A DNA stretch of 64,000 nucleotides from Clostridiales bacterium (GCA_029265435.1 JAJUJH010000001.1:484-64483), one strand, 5' to 3'; shown: positions 45,497 through 55,888, counted from the first letter of the stretch. Notes: generated from the letters alone by a model not told the origin. A program made the numbers and translations.

Positions 45497-47383
45497 ATGA
45501 AGAAAAGAATAACCTCGCTGCTCATTGCCCTGATGTTGCTCATCGCATTGATCCCGACGAAGGCTTTTGCGGAGGATGCGCAGGGACCGGAGACGGCGGA
45601 TGACGCGGTCATCACATCGGCTGAGCCAGAACAACCGTCGAATGCCGGATCGGATGCTCTGCAAGCGCCGGCGGCAGATGTTGCTGCGCAGTCTCCCAAT
45701 CTGCCGAAGCCCGAGATCACGATCGAAACGTATTGCGGCGGTACGAAAATCGACTATGAAGGCGGGAAGGTCGCCTGCATATGGTCAAGTATTTACAACA
45801 AATGGAAATTAGTTTCGGATGCAAAAGATGGTTTCAATTTTGACGGATTTTTTGGCGACGTTTATAAATATTATGGTAAATATTACGTCGATGCTGCGGA
45901 AGGAAAGAAAGTCACGGCAAAATTCGTTTGCTGCAATGAGGCTTTCAGAAAGCTGAAAATCAATATCGACGGAGAAGGTTCGGTGAGTACGGATCCCGGC
46001 GCGCTGTTTACGATTGGCGATGATCGTTATTATTATCCTGGCACGCGTGTCACGCTGACCGGGACGGCGGCGCATGGCTGGTGTTTCAAGAAATTCACCG
46101 GAGTCATCTGCAATAATAAAGTGGAGTTGTGGTTTAACAAGTCGGTCACCGCCCATTTTGAAAAATGCACCTACAATGTGGTCTTCAATCCGGGCATTCA
46201 TGGGATGCTGAACGGACAAACAAATCCTGTGACCGTTCCGACGCTGTTCGGAGAGAAGCCGGAAGAGCCTGCGGTAACCCCCTTTGACGGATACGGCTTC
46301 GCGGGCTGGTCTCCCGATATCGTTCCGGCGGACGAGGCACTCGAATATACGGCGCTGTACGACTGCATACCTTACAATATTGACTATGACTATGACGGCG
46401 GCAGTGCGGACAATCCCGATACGTACACTGTTGAGAGCGGCGAAATTACGCTCCGCAATCCTGTCAGGACCGGTTATCTTTTTGCGGGATGGAGCGGCAC
46501 GGGCATTGAAGACGGAACGATGGAGGTTGTCATTCCCGCCGGTTCGACGGGAAACAGAGAGTATAAGGCGCTGTGGACGCCCGTCACCTACTTTGTGACA
46601 TACAACAAGAACGGCGGCAGCGGCGGCATGACGGCGAACAGCACCCATGTCTATGACGTGGAATCCAAGCTGACCAAAAACGGTTATGATAAACAGGGAC
46701 ACGACTTCATCGGCTGGTCGGCTTCGCCTGATGCGGCAGCGGCGGATTATACGGATGAGATGTCCGTTATCAATCTGAGCAGCACCAACGGCGACGTGGT
46801 GGAGCTGTTTGCGGTTTGGAAACTCAAGAAGTTTGATGTCTCATTTTATCAGCAGGACGGCACCACACAGATCGGCGCCACTCAAACGGTGAACTGGAAC
46901 GCCGCGGCCGCGCTTGAAACGGCGCCCGCTGTGACCGGATACACGTTTGACAAGTGGGTGCTCACCGGAGATGACGATACGGAGACGACAAGCCTGACCA
47001 GCGTTAAAGAGAATATCAAGGCTGTGGCTGCGTATGAGAAAAACAAGTACACGGTCACGTTCGTGGACGAGCAGAACAAAGTGATCGCCACGCAGACCGT
47101 GGCTTACGGCGATGCCGCGACGGCTCCCGCACCGCCCGCAAAGTCCGGCTATACGTTTGCCGGATGGGATAAGCCGTACAGCCTAATCACGGGCGATCTG
47201 ACCGTGACGGCGCTGTATAAACGGATTGAGTCAAGCGGCGAGTCTGTTCCGGATACGGGAGACGCGGGTTCGCAGCCTTTCCCGTGGCTGTGGATCGGCA
47301 TAGCCGCTTTGCTTATCGGCGCAATCGCGGCAATAGCGGCGGTTCAATCAAAACGCGGTAAAAAGACCGGCGGCGCCGTTTAA
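45497..47383 (+). CDS. Cell-surface protein with five Listeria-Bacteroides-type (Flg_new) repeats and an LPXTG-like sorting signal
   Basis: Signal peptide. Repeat ends GYGFAGWSPD, GYLFAGWSGTG, GHDFIGWSAS, GYTFDKWVL and GYTFAGWDKP. C-terminus VPDTGD, a hydrophobic segment, then KRGKK. Confidence 0.8.
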   Translation: MKKRITSLLIALMLLIALIPTKAFAEDAQGPETADDAVITSAEPEQPSNAGSDALQAPAADVAAQSPNLPKPEITIETYCGGTKIDYEGGKVACIWSSIYNKWKLVSDAKDGFNFDGFFGDVYKYYGKYYVDAAEGKKVTAKFVCCNEAFRKLKINIDGEGSVSTDPGALFTIGDDRYYYPGTRVTLTGTAAHGWCFKKFTGVICNNKVELWFNKSVTAHFEKCTYNVVFNPGIHGMLNGQTNPVTVPTLFGEKPEEPAVTPFDGYGFAGWSPDIVPADEALEYTALYDCIPYNIDYDYDGGSADNPDTYTVESGEITLRNPVRTGYLFAGWSGTGIEDGTMEVVIPAGSTGNREYKALWTPVTYFVTYNKNGGSGGMTANSTHVYDVESKLTKNGYDKQGHDFIGWSASPDAAAADYTDEMSVINLSSTNGDVVELFAVWKLKKFDVSFYQQDGTTQIGATQTVNWNAAAALETAPAVTGYTFDKWVLTGDDDTETTSLTSVKENIKAVAAYEKNKYTVTFVDEQNKVIATQTVAYGDAATAPAPPAKSGYTFAGWDKPYSLITGDLTVTALYKRIESSGESVPDTGDAGSQPFPWLWIGIAALLIGAIAAIAAVQSKRGKKTGGAV

Positions 47384-47394
47384 CGGAATCGATA

Positions 47395-47593
47395 AGCAGG
47401 CCTGAAAAGCGGTTTGCTCAGAGTGTCGATAAAGCTAAAGATAATATTTGTGGGCAAGACGGGCTTTGCCCGCGCCGCCCACACCTTGCGGTTTTGCGCC
47501 GTTTCGAGCTTGCGAGGAACAAGCAAAACCGGAAAACTGTCGTAAAACCGAAGGCTTTACGACAAACAGAGCAGGCCTGAAAAGCGGCCTGCT
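47395..47593 (+). repeat. Structured intergenic repeat, copy 3: 151-bp core (47419-47569) flanked by a 24-bp duplication of the adhesin terminator hairpin
   Basis: Flanks are AGCAGGCCTGAAAAGCGGTTTGCT (47395-47418) and AGCAGGCCTGAAAAGCGGCCTGCT (47570-47593), followed by TTTTTGT. Confidence 0.85.
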
Positions 47594-47608
47594 TTTTTGT
47601 GCGGAGGT

Positions 47609-48511
47609 TCAGGTGCGGGTGATCACGCGGTTGCGTCCCAGATTTTTTGCGTCATACAGCGCGGCGTCGGCTGCGGCGAGCAGTTCGTCCACGGAGTTTT
47701 TTTCGATGCTGCTGGCGACGCCGATGCTGACGGATATGGAAAGCGCGCCCGACCGTGTCATCAGCCGGGTTTCGGCGATCTGTGTGCGGTAACGCTCAAA
47801 GCGCGCGCTCATTTCTTCTTCGGAAGAGGCTGTGGTGATGATCAGGAATTCTTCGCCGCCGATGCGGCCGATCGAATCCGATTTGCCGGTGATCTGCTCA
47901 AGGATTCTCGACAGCTTACATAAAACATCGTCGCCGGTCTGATGGCCGTACGTATCGTTGATGTTCTTGAAATGGTCGATATCGCAGATGCCCGCGCACA
48001 GCACCGAATCTCCGATGCCCATATGGAAAAACTGATGGTCGAGTATTTCCAATATGGCTCTGCGGTTGTAAAGACCGGTAAGCGGGTCGTGCGTCGCCTG
48101 ATAATTGAGCTGTTCGTTGGTCTTAAAAAGCGCGTCCTGAAGCTCCACCATGCGCTTGCCGACCTGAATCCTGGCTCGCAGCTCGTTTGGGTCAAAAGGT
48201 TTGATCAGATAATCGTTGGCGCCCGCGTCGAGCCCCGCGATGATATCTTTTGTTTCGCTTTTGCCGGTCAGCATGATGATATAAGGCGGACGCTCGGTTT
48301 TGGCTTCGCGGACTTTTCGAATCAGTTCAACCCCGTCGAGCTTGGGCATGATCCAGTCGAGTATCGCGATTTGCGGTGCGCCGGGCTTGCTGAGCTCAAC
48401 CCAGGCCTGCAAGCCGTCGGATGTTTCGACCACATCGTAGCCGTATTTTTTGAGCGAGCCGGCAAGAATCATGCGGCAGGTTGCACTGTCATCGGCAATC
48501 AATATTCGCAT
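47609..48511 (-). CDS. Response-regulator receiver plus GGDEF diguanylate cyclase
   Basis: REC domain (MRILIADD..., ILDWIMPKLDG, K at LIKPF) and a GGDEF domain with an intact GGEEF. The residues at the usual RxxD I-site position read KSDS. Confidence 0.9.
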   Translation of the reverse strand: MRILIADDSATCRMILAGSLKKYGYDVVETSDGLQAWVELSKPGAPQIAILDWIMPKLDGVELIRKVREAKTERPPYIIMLTGKSETKDIIAGLDAGANDYLIKPFDPNELRARIQVGKRMVELQDALFKTNEQLNYQATHDPLTGLYNRRAILEILDHQFFHMGIGDSVLCAGICDIDHFKNINDTYGHQTGDDVLCKLSRILEQITGKSDSIGRIGGEEFLIITTASSEEEMSARFERYRTQIAETRLMTRSGALSISVSIGVASSIEKNSVDELLAAADAALYDAKNLGRNRVITRT

Positions 48512-48700
48512 TTTTTACTCCAGAACGTCATCTTTTGTGATTGCGGCTGAAAACAGGGTGTGATTGTGTGATGATCCAAGTGTTTTTGTGCAGTAATTTA
48601 TTCAACGTTTTCTTAAATTATAACAGTATATAATAGGTTGTATCAATATTAATGTTTCAGGCGGAAACATAAAATTAAGCGGCAGTTTCAGGCGGTAATA

Positions 48701-48729
48701 TTGACATCGGTTCTTTTCGCATGTATGAT
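48701..48729 (+). promoter_or_regulatory. Promoter of malQ-glgP (TTGACA-17 nt-TATGAT)
   Basis: -35 at 48701-48706 and -10 at 48724-48729. Upstream there is an inverted repeat ATGTTTC-N5-GAAACAT (48652-48670) and a second GTTTCAGGCGG copy at 48685-48695. Confidence 0.5.
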
Positions 48730-48757
48730 TACCCAAAAATGATTGGAAACGCGGGAT

Positions 48758-50242
48758 ATGAAGCGCTGCAGCGGCATATTGATGCACATATCGTCGCTGC
48801 CGTCCGCATACGGCATCGGCACAATGGGCCAAGAGGCATATGCGTTTGTGGATTTTTTGAAAGCCTCGGGCACAACGGTCTGGCAGGTGCTACCGATCGG
48901 AGAAACGGGATACGGTGATTCGCCTTTTCAAAGCGTTTCCACGTTCGCGGGAAACCCGTATTTCATAGACCTCGATATGCTCGTTGCCGACGGCGTGCTG
49001 GCCGCAAGCGACATCGCGCATCTGTCAGGCGTCCCATACGAAGACCGCGTCGATTTTGCCTTTCTGAGGCGCACAAGGCTTGAAGTCCTTCGCACGGCGT
49101 TCGGCCGTTCCTATCAAAAGCTTAAAAACGATGTGGATGAATTTGCCCGGCATGCCCCGTGGCTTTTCGATTATGCGCTTTTCTGCGCGCTCAAGAGTCA
49201 TTTTCACGGAAAGGCATGGAACGAATGGCCCGACGATGCGATTAGGCTGCGCCGGCGCGAAGCGGTTGAGCGGTATGCGGTTCAGCTCCGGCAAGACATC
49301 GCTTTCTATTCATTTGTTCAATATCTATTCAATAAGCAATGGTTTGCGCTCAAAAGCTATGCCAACCGAAACGGCGTAAGGATATTCGGAGACATGCCCA
49401 TCTATGTCGCGATGGATTCCGCCGATACATGGGCGCATACGGAGCTTTTTGAGCTTGACGAAAACAAGAAGCCCAAAAGCGTTGCGGGCGTGCCGCCCGA
49501 CTATTTTTCGCAAAACGGACAGCTTTGGGGCAATCCCGTGTATGACTGGCGCGCACACAGAAAAACGGGCTTTGAATGGTGGAGACAGCGCATGGCGGCG
49601 ATGGCCGGCTATTTTGATATGCTGCGCATCGACCACTTTATCGGTTTTGCATGCTATTACGCGGTACCTGCAGACGCGCCGACGGCCCGGTACGGCGAGT
49701 GGAGAAAAGGCCCGGGGCGCGCCCTGTTCCGAGCGGTCCGGCGTGAAACGGCGGCTCTTACCGTTGTGGCGGAGGATTTGGGCGCGGTGACGCCGAGGGT
49801 GAAGCGGCTTTTAAAATGGTGCGGGTATCCCGGCATGAGGGTGCTGCAGTTTGCGTTCGGTTCGGACGATAAGAATCCGCATCTGCCGCATCATATACCC
49901 TGCAATTCCGTTGTTTATACGGGCACGCATGATAACGATACGCTGTCTGGCTGGTGGGAGAAAGCCGAAGATTCGGAAAGGCGTTTTGCCATGCGGTATC
50001 TTGACACGGACGAAGCGCATATCGTGGGTGCGCTGATAGAAGCCGCGTACAATAGCGCCGCAAATATCGCGGTGGTGCCGATGCAGGACCATTTAAGGCT
50101 TCAGACCGGCGCGCGGATGAATACGCCGGGAACAGTGGGGGGAAACTGGCAGTGGCGTATGCGGCCGGGACAATTGTCCGATGATCTCAAGAACGAGATT
50201 TTGAGTTTAAACCTGAAATCACATAGAACGGGAGACGCATAA
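48758..50242 (+). CDS. malQ: 4-alpha-glucanotransferase (amylomaltase)
   Basis: SGILMHISSLPSAYGIGTMG, LPIGETGYGDSPFQS, GDMPIYVAMDSADTW, LRIDHFIGF, YTGTHDNDT. Confidence 0.9.
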   Translation: MKRCSGILMHISSLPSAYGIGTMGQEAYAFVDFLKASGTTVWQVLPIGETGYGDSPFQSVSTFAGNPYFIDLDMLVADGVLAASDIAHLSGVPYEDRVDFAFLRRTRLEVLRTAFGRSYQKLKNDVDEFARHAPWLFDYALFCALKSHFHGKAWNEWPDDAIRLRRREAVERYAVQLRQDIAFYSFVQYLFNKQWFALKSYANRNGVRIFGDMPIYVAMDSADTWAHTELFELDENKKPKSVAGVPPDYFSQNGQLWGNPVYDWRAHRKTGFEWWRQRMAAMAGYFDMLRIDHFIGFACYYAVPADAPTARYGEWRKGPGRALFRAVRRETAALTVVAEDLGAVTPRVKRLLKWCGYPGMRVLQFAFGSDDKNPHLPHHIPCNSVVYTGTHDNDTLSGWWEKAEDSERRFAMRYLDTDEAHIVGALIEAAYNSAANIAVVPMQDHLRLQTGARMNTPGTVGGNWQWRMRPGQLSDDLKNEILSLNLKSHRTGDA

Positions 50243-52591
50243 ATGACCGACATCAATCAGATTATCGGCTTGACGGAGCGGAACTTAAAAAGCGCATATC
50301 AGACGGATATCGCAAACGCGGACGCGTTTCAGCTTCACGACGCGCTGTCGAAGGCCGTCATGACGCTGATAGCGGACGACTGGATCGAAAGCAAAAAAAA
50401 GCATGGCGGCGCGCGGCGGGCGTATTATCTTTCCATCGAATATCTGATCGGACGGCTTGTGTATAACAACCTGTATTGTCTCGGTGTGCTCAGCGGCGTG
50501 CGCGACAGGCTGCGCGAACGCGGCGCGGACTTGGCCGGCCTTGAGGACATTGAAGACGCGGCGCTCGGAAACGGCGGTCTGGGCAGGCTGGCCGCGTGCT
50601 TTTTGGACAGTGCGGCCACGCTTGAGCTGCCGCTGGACGGCTACGGGCTGCGCTATAAATTCGGGCTGTTCAGGCAGCTTTTTGTGGACGGCATGCAATG
50701 CGAAATGGCTGACGACTGGCGCTCCGGTGAGGATCCGTGGAGCTGCCGCCGCGACGATCGGGCGGTGACAGTGAAATTTGCGGATCAGACGGTGCGGGCG
50801 GTGCCGTACGATACGCCAGTGATCGGCTATCAAAACGGCCATGTGGGCACGCTGAGGCTGTGGCAGAGCGAGGCGCCGCAGGAGCTGGACTTTACCGCCT
50901 TCAACAATCAGGAATATGCCGAGGCGCTGAGGGAGAAGAATCAGGCGGAGGATCTGACGCGCGTTTTATACCCCAACGACTGCGGCGACGCCGGTAAAAA
51001 GCTGAGACTCAAGCAGCAGTATTTTCTTTCAAGCGCGTCGCTGCAGGATATGATCGCACGGTATAAGCGTACCTGCGGAAACGACCTCAAAGGTTTTTCG
51101 GCGCATTGCGCGGTCCAGCTCAACGACACGCACCCGGTGATCTCCGTTCCGGAGCTGATACGGCTTTTGATGAACGAGGGCTTTGGCTTTAACGAGGCGT
51201 ATGAGACGGCGCGGGGGACGTTTTCGTACACCAACCATACGGTGATGGGTGAGGCGCTCGAGTGCTGGCCCTTGGAGATGATCAACGAGGTGGTTCCGGA
51301 AATCGGCTCTATCATCATGCGGATCGATGAAAAGCTGGGCGATGCACTCTGTGCGGCCGGCATGCCTTCGGAAAAAGCGTGCGGCATGCGGATCATCGAT
51401 TGCGGCAAGGTGCACATGGCAAGGCTGGCCGTTTTCATGTCCGCCTGTGTCAACGGCGTGGCGGAGCTTCATACCGAAATACTCAAAAACGATCTGTTTA
51501 AGGAATGGTATGCATTCCGTCCCGAAAGCTTTCAAAACAAGACGAACGGTGTGACGCAAAGGCGCTGGCTCGGGCTTTGCAATCCGGAACTGACGGCGCT
51601 GATCGAAAGCCGTATCGGGAACGGTTTTCTTAAGGATTTGGCACAGCTTGAAAAGCTTAAGGGCAGTTTGGACGACGATTTCGTGCGGCGCTTCAACGAA
51701 GTGAAGCTTGAAAAGAAAAGGCAGCTCGCGGCGGTGGTGGCGCGGCGCGAAGGCGTCGAGATCCCGCCCGATTTCATATTTGACGTGCAGGTGAAGCGTT
51801 TGCATGAGTATAAGCGCCAGCTTCTAAACGCTTTTTCGATACTCGATATCTATTACGGGCTCAAAGACGGCAGTCTGACGGATTTTTATCCGACGGTGTT
51901 CTTGTTCGGCGCAAAGGCGGCCCCCGGCTATTTCAGAGCCAAGGGAATCATTAAGCTGATCAACGAGATCGCAAGGCTTGTTAACGCAGACCCGCAGACA
52001 AACGACCGTCTGCGCGTGGTATTCGTGCAGAATTATAACTGTTCGTATGCCGAGGCGATCATTCCGGCGGCGGATATATCGGAGCAGATTTCGACCGCGG
52101 GCACCGAGGCGAGCGGTACGGGCAACATGAAGCTGATGCTCAACGGCGCGGTAACGCTCGGCACATACGACGGCGCGAACGTGGAGATCGTACGGGAGGC
52201 CGGGGAGGATAACAACTACATTTTCGGCGCCCGCGTGGAGGATATCCGCCGGCAAAGCGCCGGATATGATCCGAAAGCGTTGTATGAAAGCAATTTCAGA
52301 ATCAGGCGCGTGCTTGACGCGCTGACGGACGGTACGCTCAGCGACGACGGCTTCGGGTATTTTAAGGAGCTGTACGGCGCGCTGCTTGAGGGCGCAAGCT
52401 GGCACAGGGCAGACCATTACTTTCTGCTGCTCGACATGATGCCGTACATCGAGGCCAAGCTCAGGGCAAACCGCGACTATGCCGACAGGCTGGCGTTTGG
52501 CCGCAAATGCCTGAACAACATCGCGGCCGCGGGCAAGTTCTCATCCGACAGGACGGTGATGGAGTACGCAAAGGAAATATGGAAAATATAA
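50243..52591 (+). CDS. glgP: Glycogen/maltodextrin phosphorylase
   Basis: YLSIEYLIGRL, LGNGGLGRLAACFLDS, EASGTGNMKLMLNGA (PLP lysine). The ATG directly follows the malQ stop. Confidence 0.9.
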   Translation: MTDINQIIGLTERNLKSAYQTDIANADAFQLHDALSKAVMTLIADDWIESKKKHGGARRAYYLSIEYLIGRLVYNNLYCLGVLSGVRDRLRERGADLAGLEDIEDAALGNGGLGRLAACFLDSAATLELPLDGYGLRYKFGLFRQLFVDGMQCEMADDWRSGEDPWSCRRDDRAVTVKFADQTVRAVPYDTPVIGYQNGHVGTLRLWQSEAPQELDFTAFNNQEYAEALREKNQAEDLTRVLYPNDCGDAGKKLRLKQQYFLSSASLQDMIARYKRTCGNDLKGFSAHCAVQLNDTHPVISVPELIRLLMNEGFGFNEAYETARGTFSYTNHTVMGEALECWPLEMINEVVPEIGSIIMRIDEKLGDALCAAGMPSEKACGMRIIDCGKVHMARLAVFMSACVNGVAELHTEILKNDLFKEWYAFRPESFQNKTNGVTQRRWLGLCNPELTALIESRIGNGFLKDLAQLEKLKGSLDDDFVRRFNEVKLEKKRQLAAVVARREGVEIPPDFIFDVQVKRLHEYKRQLLNAFSILDIYYGLKDGSLTDFYPTVFLFGAKAAPGYFRAKGIIKLINEIARLVNADPQTNDRLRVVFVQNYNCSYAEAIIPAADISEQISTAGTEASGTGNMKLMLNGAVTLGTYDGANVEIVREAGEDNNYIFGARVEDIRRQSAGYDPKALYESNFRIRRVLDALTDGTLSDDGFGYFKELYGALLEGASWHRADHYFLLLDMMPYIEAKLRANRDYADRLAFGRKCLNNIAAAGKFSSDRTVMEYAKEIWKI

Positions 52592-52640
52592 TATTCGCCG
52601 AGCCGTTGCCGGCGTTTTTCCGGGCGGATACCGCCCCGGA

Positions 52641-53435
52641 TCATATCAGCTTTTTCAGCCTTTTATCGCAAAGGCCGAATGCCGAAAGCGCATCAAACCG
52701 CTCTTGCGGAAGGAAAAACGCATCACCGTCGATCGTTCCGTATCGCCGGATATATGCAAGAAGCGCGGCCTGCTCGAACGTGAGCGCCTGCAGGCGCCCG
52801 CTTTGCGACTTGATTTCATCGAGCAGCGTTTCCAAATCGCCGAGCAATATCGGGTTGTAACCCGTTTCGTTTTTGAGACGCTCATCGTCCGCCTCCTCGC
52901 GTGATGTCACGGCGGAGTGGCCCGAAAAGACAAGAGGACGGTTTTGGCTGACGCACTGGCTGACTGCGCTCAAATAAACGCTGAGCGGCGTGCCGGATCT
53001 GATCGCCACCCAAACGGAGTAAGGCAGCGTGTTGCGCGTTTCGAGATGGAGGGCTTTCGCCATTGCGAGCGTTTGCCCGGTATAATCGTGATACGGGAAT
53101 GCGAAAGTGGCGGGATATACGCCAAAACAATCCCGTATACGCGTTGCCGCGTTTTGCAGGTTTTTGAGCGCGTGCGCGGGCGGAAGCTTGGACAGGTTGT
53201 CGTGGACATAACCGTGGCTGCCGATTTCAAAGCCCTGCCTTAGCAGTGCGCCGTATGCCTCTTTATGCTTTTCTTCAAACCCTTCTTCTCCGGGGTTGAC
53301 GTAAAACGTGCACCGAAAACCGCGCCGCAAAAACGCGGGCGCGATCATGCCGCCGTGCCGTGAGAAGTTGTCGTCGAATGTGAAGCAAACGGCCGTTTTT
53401 TCAGGATGTATACGGGAAAAACGCATCTTATTCAT
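52641..53435 (-). CDS. Polysaccharide deacetylase (NodB homology domain) family protein
   Basis: FTFDDN (DD motif), IGSHGYVHDNL (HxxxH), FAFPYH. Confidence 0.8.
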   Translation of the reverse strand: MNKMRFSRIHPEKTAVCFTFDDNFSRHGGMIAPAFLRRGFRCTFYVNPGEEGFEEKHKEAYGALLRQGFEIGSHGYVHDNLSKLPPAHALKNLQNAATRIRDCFGVYPATFAFPYHDYTGQTLAMAKALHLETRNTLPYSVWVAIRSGTPLSVYLSAVSQCVSQNRPLVFSGHSAVTSREEADDERLKNETGYNPILLGDLETLLDEIKSQSGRLQALTFEQAALLAYIRRYGTIDGDAFFLPQERFDALSAFGLCDKRLKKLI

Positions 53436-53558
53436 GATTTCCTCGCAAGCCTGTATTTCAAATTCATTATAGGACGGAACGGATGCCGTGTAAACGAGGC
53501 GGCTTTCGCGGCGGCCGACGCTGTGCTAAAATAGGGTAAAAAAGGACGGTATGACGGC

Positions 53559-55733
53559 TTGAGCGGTATTTTGGACGGACTCAACGAACGGCAGAGAGAA
53601 GCGGTAACGGCCACAGAGGGATATGTGCGCGTGATTGCGGGCGCGGGCAGCGGCAAAACGCGCGCGCTTTCGCACCGTTTTGCTTATCTCGTGAACGAAA
53701 TCGGCATTATGCCGTCGCATATACTCTGCGTCACATTTACCAACAAATCCGCAAACGAGATGCGCCGCCGCATCCGCCGCCTCACGGGCGACAGCGATAC
53801 GGGTTATATCGGCACGTTCCACAGCTTCTGCGTGACGGTGCTGCAGGAAGACAGCCATGCCGTGCAGTATCCCAAAAGCTTCCTTGTTCTCGACAATGCG
53901 GATATCGACGCGATGCTCGCGGTGATCTACGAGGAACGGGGGCTGACGCTGCGCCATATGACGTATGCCGCCGCGCGCGATATGATCGAGATGCGCAAGA
54001 TTTACAAAGACCCCGAATATTATGAACAAATGATCGCGATGCCGCTTGACGGACTGCGGCAAAAATACCTGGATGCAACGAAAACGGACGATATCCTGTT
54101 CTTTGGTTACCTCTACCAGCAGAAAAAATGCTTCGGGCTCGATTATAACGACCTCATCAAATTCACGCTTCATATTTTCGGCGTTAATGAAGACGTAAAG
54201 CTCAAGTGGCAAAGGCGGCTTGAGTATATCATGATCGACGAATTTCAGGACATCGACGAACTGCAGTACAGGCTGATGAAGGCGCTTTGCGGCTATCACA
54301 AAAACCTGTTCATCGTGGGCGATCCCGATCAGACGATATATTCGTGGCGCGGCGCAAGCGTCAGATACATACTCGATTTTGACAAGGAATTTCCCGATGT
54401 GCGCACCGTCGTGATGACGGAAAACTACCGTTCAACGCCGCAGATACTGGCCGCGGCGAATTCGCTGATCGACAAGAACAAAATGCGGGTGAAGAAAGAG
54501 CTGACAGCGCGTCTGGCGGACGGCGGACCGGTGGTTTATCATCATGCCCAAACGGCCGAGGAAGAAGCCGTTTGGGTGGCGCGGAAAATCAAAGAGCTTG
54601 AGGAGACCGGCGTTAAACCTTGCGATATCACGGTGCTGTACCGTTCTCATTTTGTGTCCCGCCCGATCGAGGAGGTCTTTCTTAAAGAAAAGATCCCATA
54701 TACCGTTTACAGCGGCGTGCCGTTTTTCGGGCGCATGGAAGTCAAAGACGCGCTTTCATATTTAAGGCTGATCGCGTTTAAGGACGATCTGTCGTTTCTG
54801 CGGGTTGTCAACACGCCCAAACGCAACATGGGCGAAAGGCGCATACGCTTTTTGCAGGACTATGCGGCGCGGCACGGGTGTGCGCTGTATACGGCGCTTG
54901 AGCGTTCGGCGGACGACGAAATATTCAAAAATACAAAGGCAAAGCGGTTTTTAACGTTGATCGGCCGGTTTTCGGCGGGATACTCGGACATGCCCGTTTC
55001 TGAGCTGTTAAGCGCCGTGCTTGATGAAAGCGGCTACGAGCAGATGCTGCGTACGGAAGGCGCCCAGGAGCGCCTCGACAATCTTGCGCAGCTCAAGCAG
55101 TCGGTATACGAATACGAGAAAAGCTGCGGCGAGGAAGTCACGCTTACGCATTATCTTTCCCGCGTGGCGATGCTGACCAACACCGATCTTGTATCCGCCA
55201 AGGATACGGTAAAGCTGATGACGGTGCATGCGGCCAAGGGGCTTGAGTTTCCGCATGTGTTCATATGCGGGCTGTCGGAGGGCATATTCCCGTCGAAAAA
55301 GACCGCCACGCCGGAAAGCATGGAGGAAGAACGGCGGCTTGCGTTCGTCGCCTTTACGCGCGCGCAGAAATCGCTTTTTTTGACCGACGCGGAAGGGAGC
55401 AACCTGGACGGCTCTTTCCGATGCCCGTCGCGGTTCATATTCAATGTGGATAAAGAGCGGATCTGTTACACTGCGGAATTGAGTGAAAACCTTATTGCAA
55501 AGACCGAATGGCATATCGCAAACAGCGAAAGCGGCTTTTTGTGCGCGGCGGAGAGGGAATCGTTCCGTATCGGCGACCGCGTCAGGCACAGCGTGATGGG
55601 AACGGGCGTGGTCGTGGATATTGATACGGAAAAGGGCGCCTATGTGGTTCAGTTCGACGGTCTGGGTACTGTGAGAAGCATCAGCTTCAAGGCCAAGCTG
55701 ATACGTTTGGACGGCAGCCAAAGCGCACAATAG
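53559..55733 (+). CDS. UvrD/PcrA/Rep-family ATP-dependent DNA helicase with a C-terminal Tudor-like domain
   Basis: LNERQREAV...IAGAGSGKT (motif I), IDEFQD, VGDPDQTIYSWRGA, TENYRST, MTVHAAKGLEF, VAFTRAQ. C-terminal GDRVRHSVMGTGVVVDI. TTG start. Confidence 0.85.
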   Translation: MSGILDGLNERQREAVTATEGYVRVIAGAGSGKTRALSHRFAYLVNEIGIMPSHILCVTFTNKSANEMRRRIRRLTGDSDTGYIGTFHSFCVTVLQEDSHAVQYPKSFLVLDNADIDAMLAVIYEERGLTLRHMTYAAARDMIEMRKIYKDPEYYEQMIAMPLDGLRQKYLDATKTDDILFFGYLYQQKKCFGLDYNDLIKFTLHIFGVNEDVKLKWQRRLEYIMIDEFQDIDELQYRLMKALCGYHKNLFIVGDPDQTIYSWRGASVRYILDFDKEFPDVRTVVMTENYRSTPQILAAANSLIDKNKMRVKKELTARLADGGPVVYHHAQTAEEEAVWVARKIKELEETGVKPCDITVLYRSHFVSRPIEEVFLKEKIPYTVYSGVPFFGRMEVKDALSYLRLIAFKDDLSFLRVVNTPKRNMGERRIRFLQDYAARHGCALYTALERSADDEIFKNTKAKRFLTLIGRFSAGYSDMPVSELLSAVLDESGYEQMLRTEGAQERLDNLAQLKQSVYEYEKSCGEEVTLTHYLSRVAMLTNTDLVSAKDTVKLMTVHAAKGLEFPHVFICGLSEGIFPSKKTATPESMEEERRLAFVAFTRAQKSLFLTDAEGSNLDGSFRCPSRFIFNVDKERICYTAELSENLIAKTEWHIANSESGFLCAAERESFRIGDRVRHSVMGTGVVVDIDTEKGAYVVQFDGLGTVRSISFKAKLIRLDGSQSAQ

Positions 55734-55888
55734 AGCATTGCATCGTTTCTTTTTGTTTTATGCATCGTCTTTAACATCAAAACATATACGGGAAGCCGAT
55801 TGAGGCAGAATATGTGGCCTGTTTGGACGCAATCCGCCAAATACCGCCCAAACAGGGCCGAAACCGCCGCTGAATGCCTTTTCGTTCA

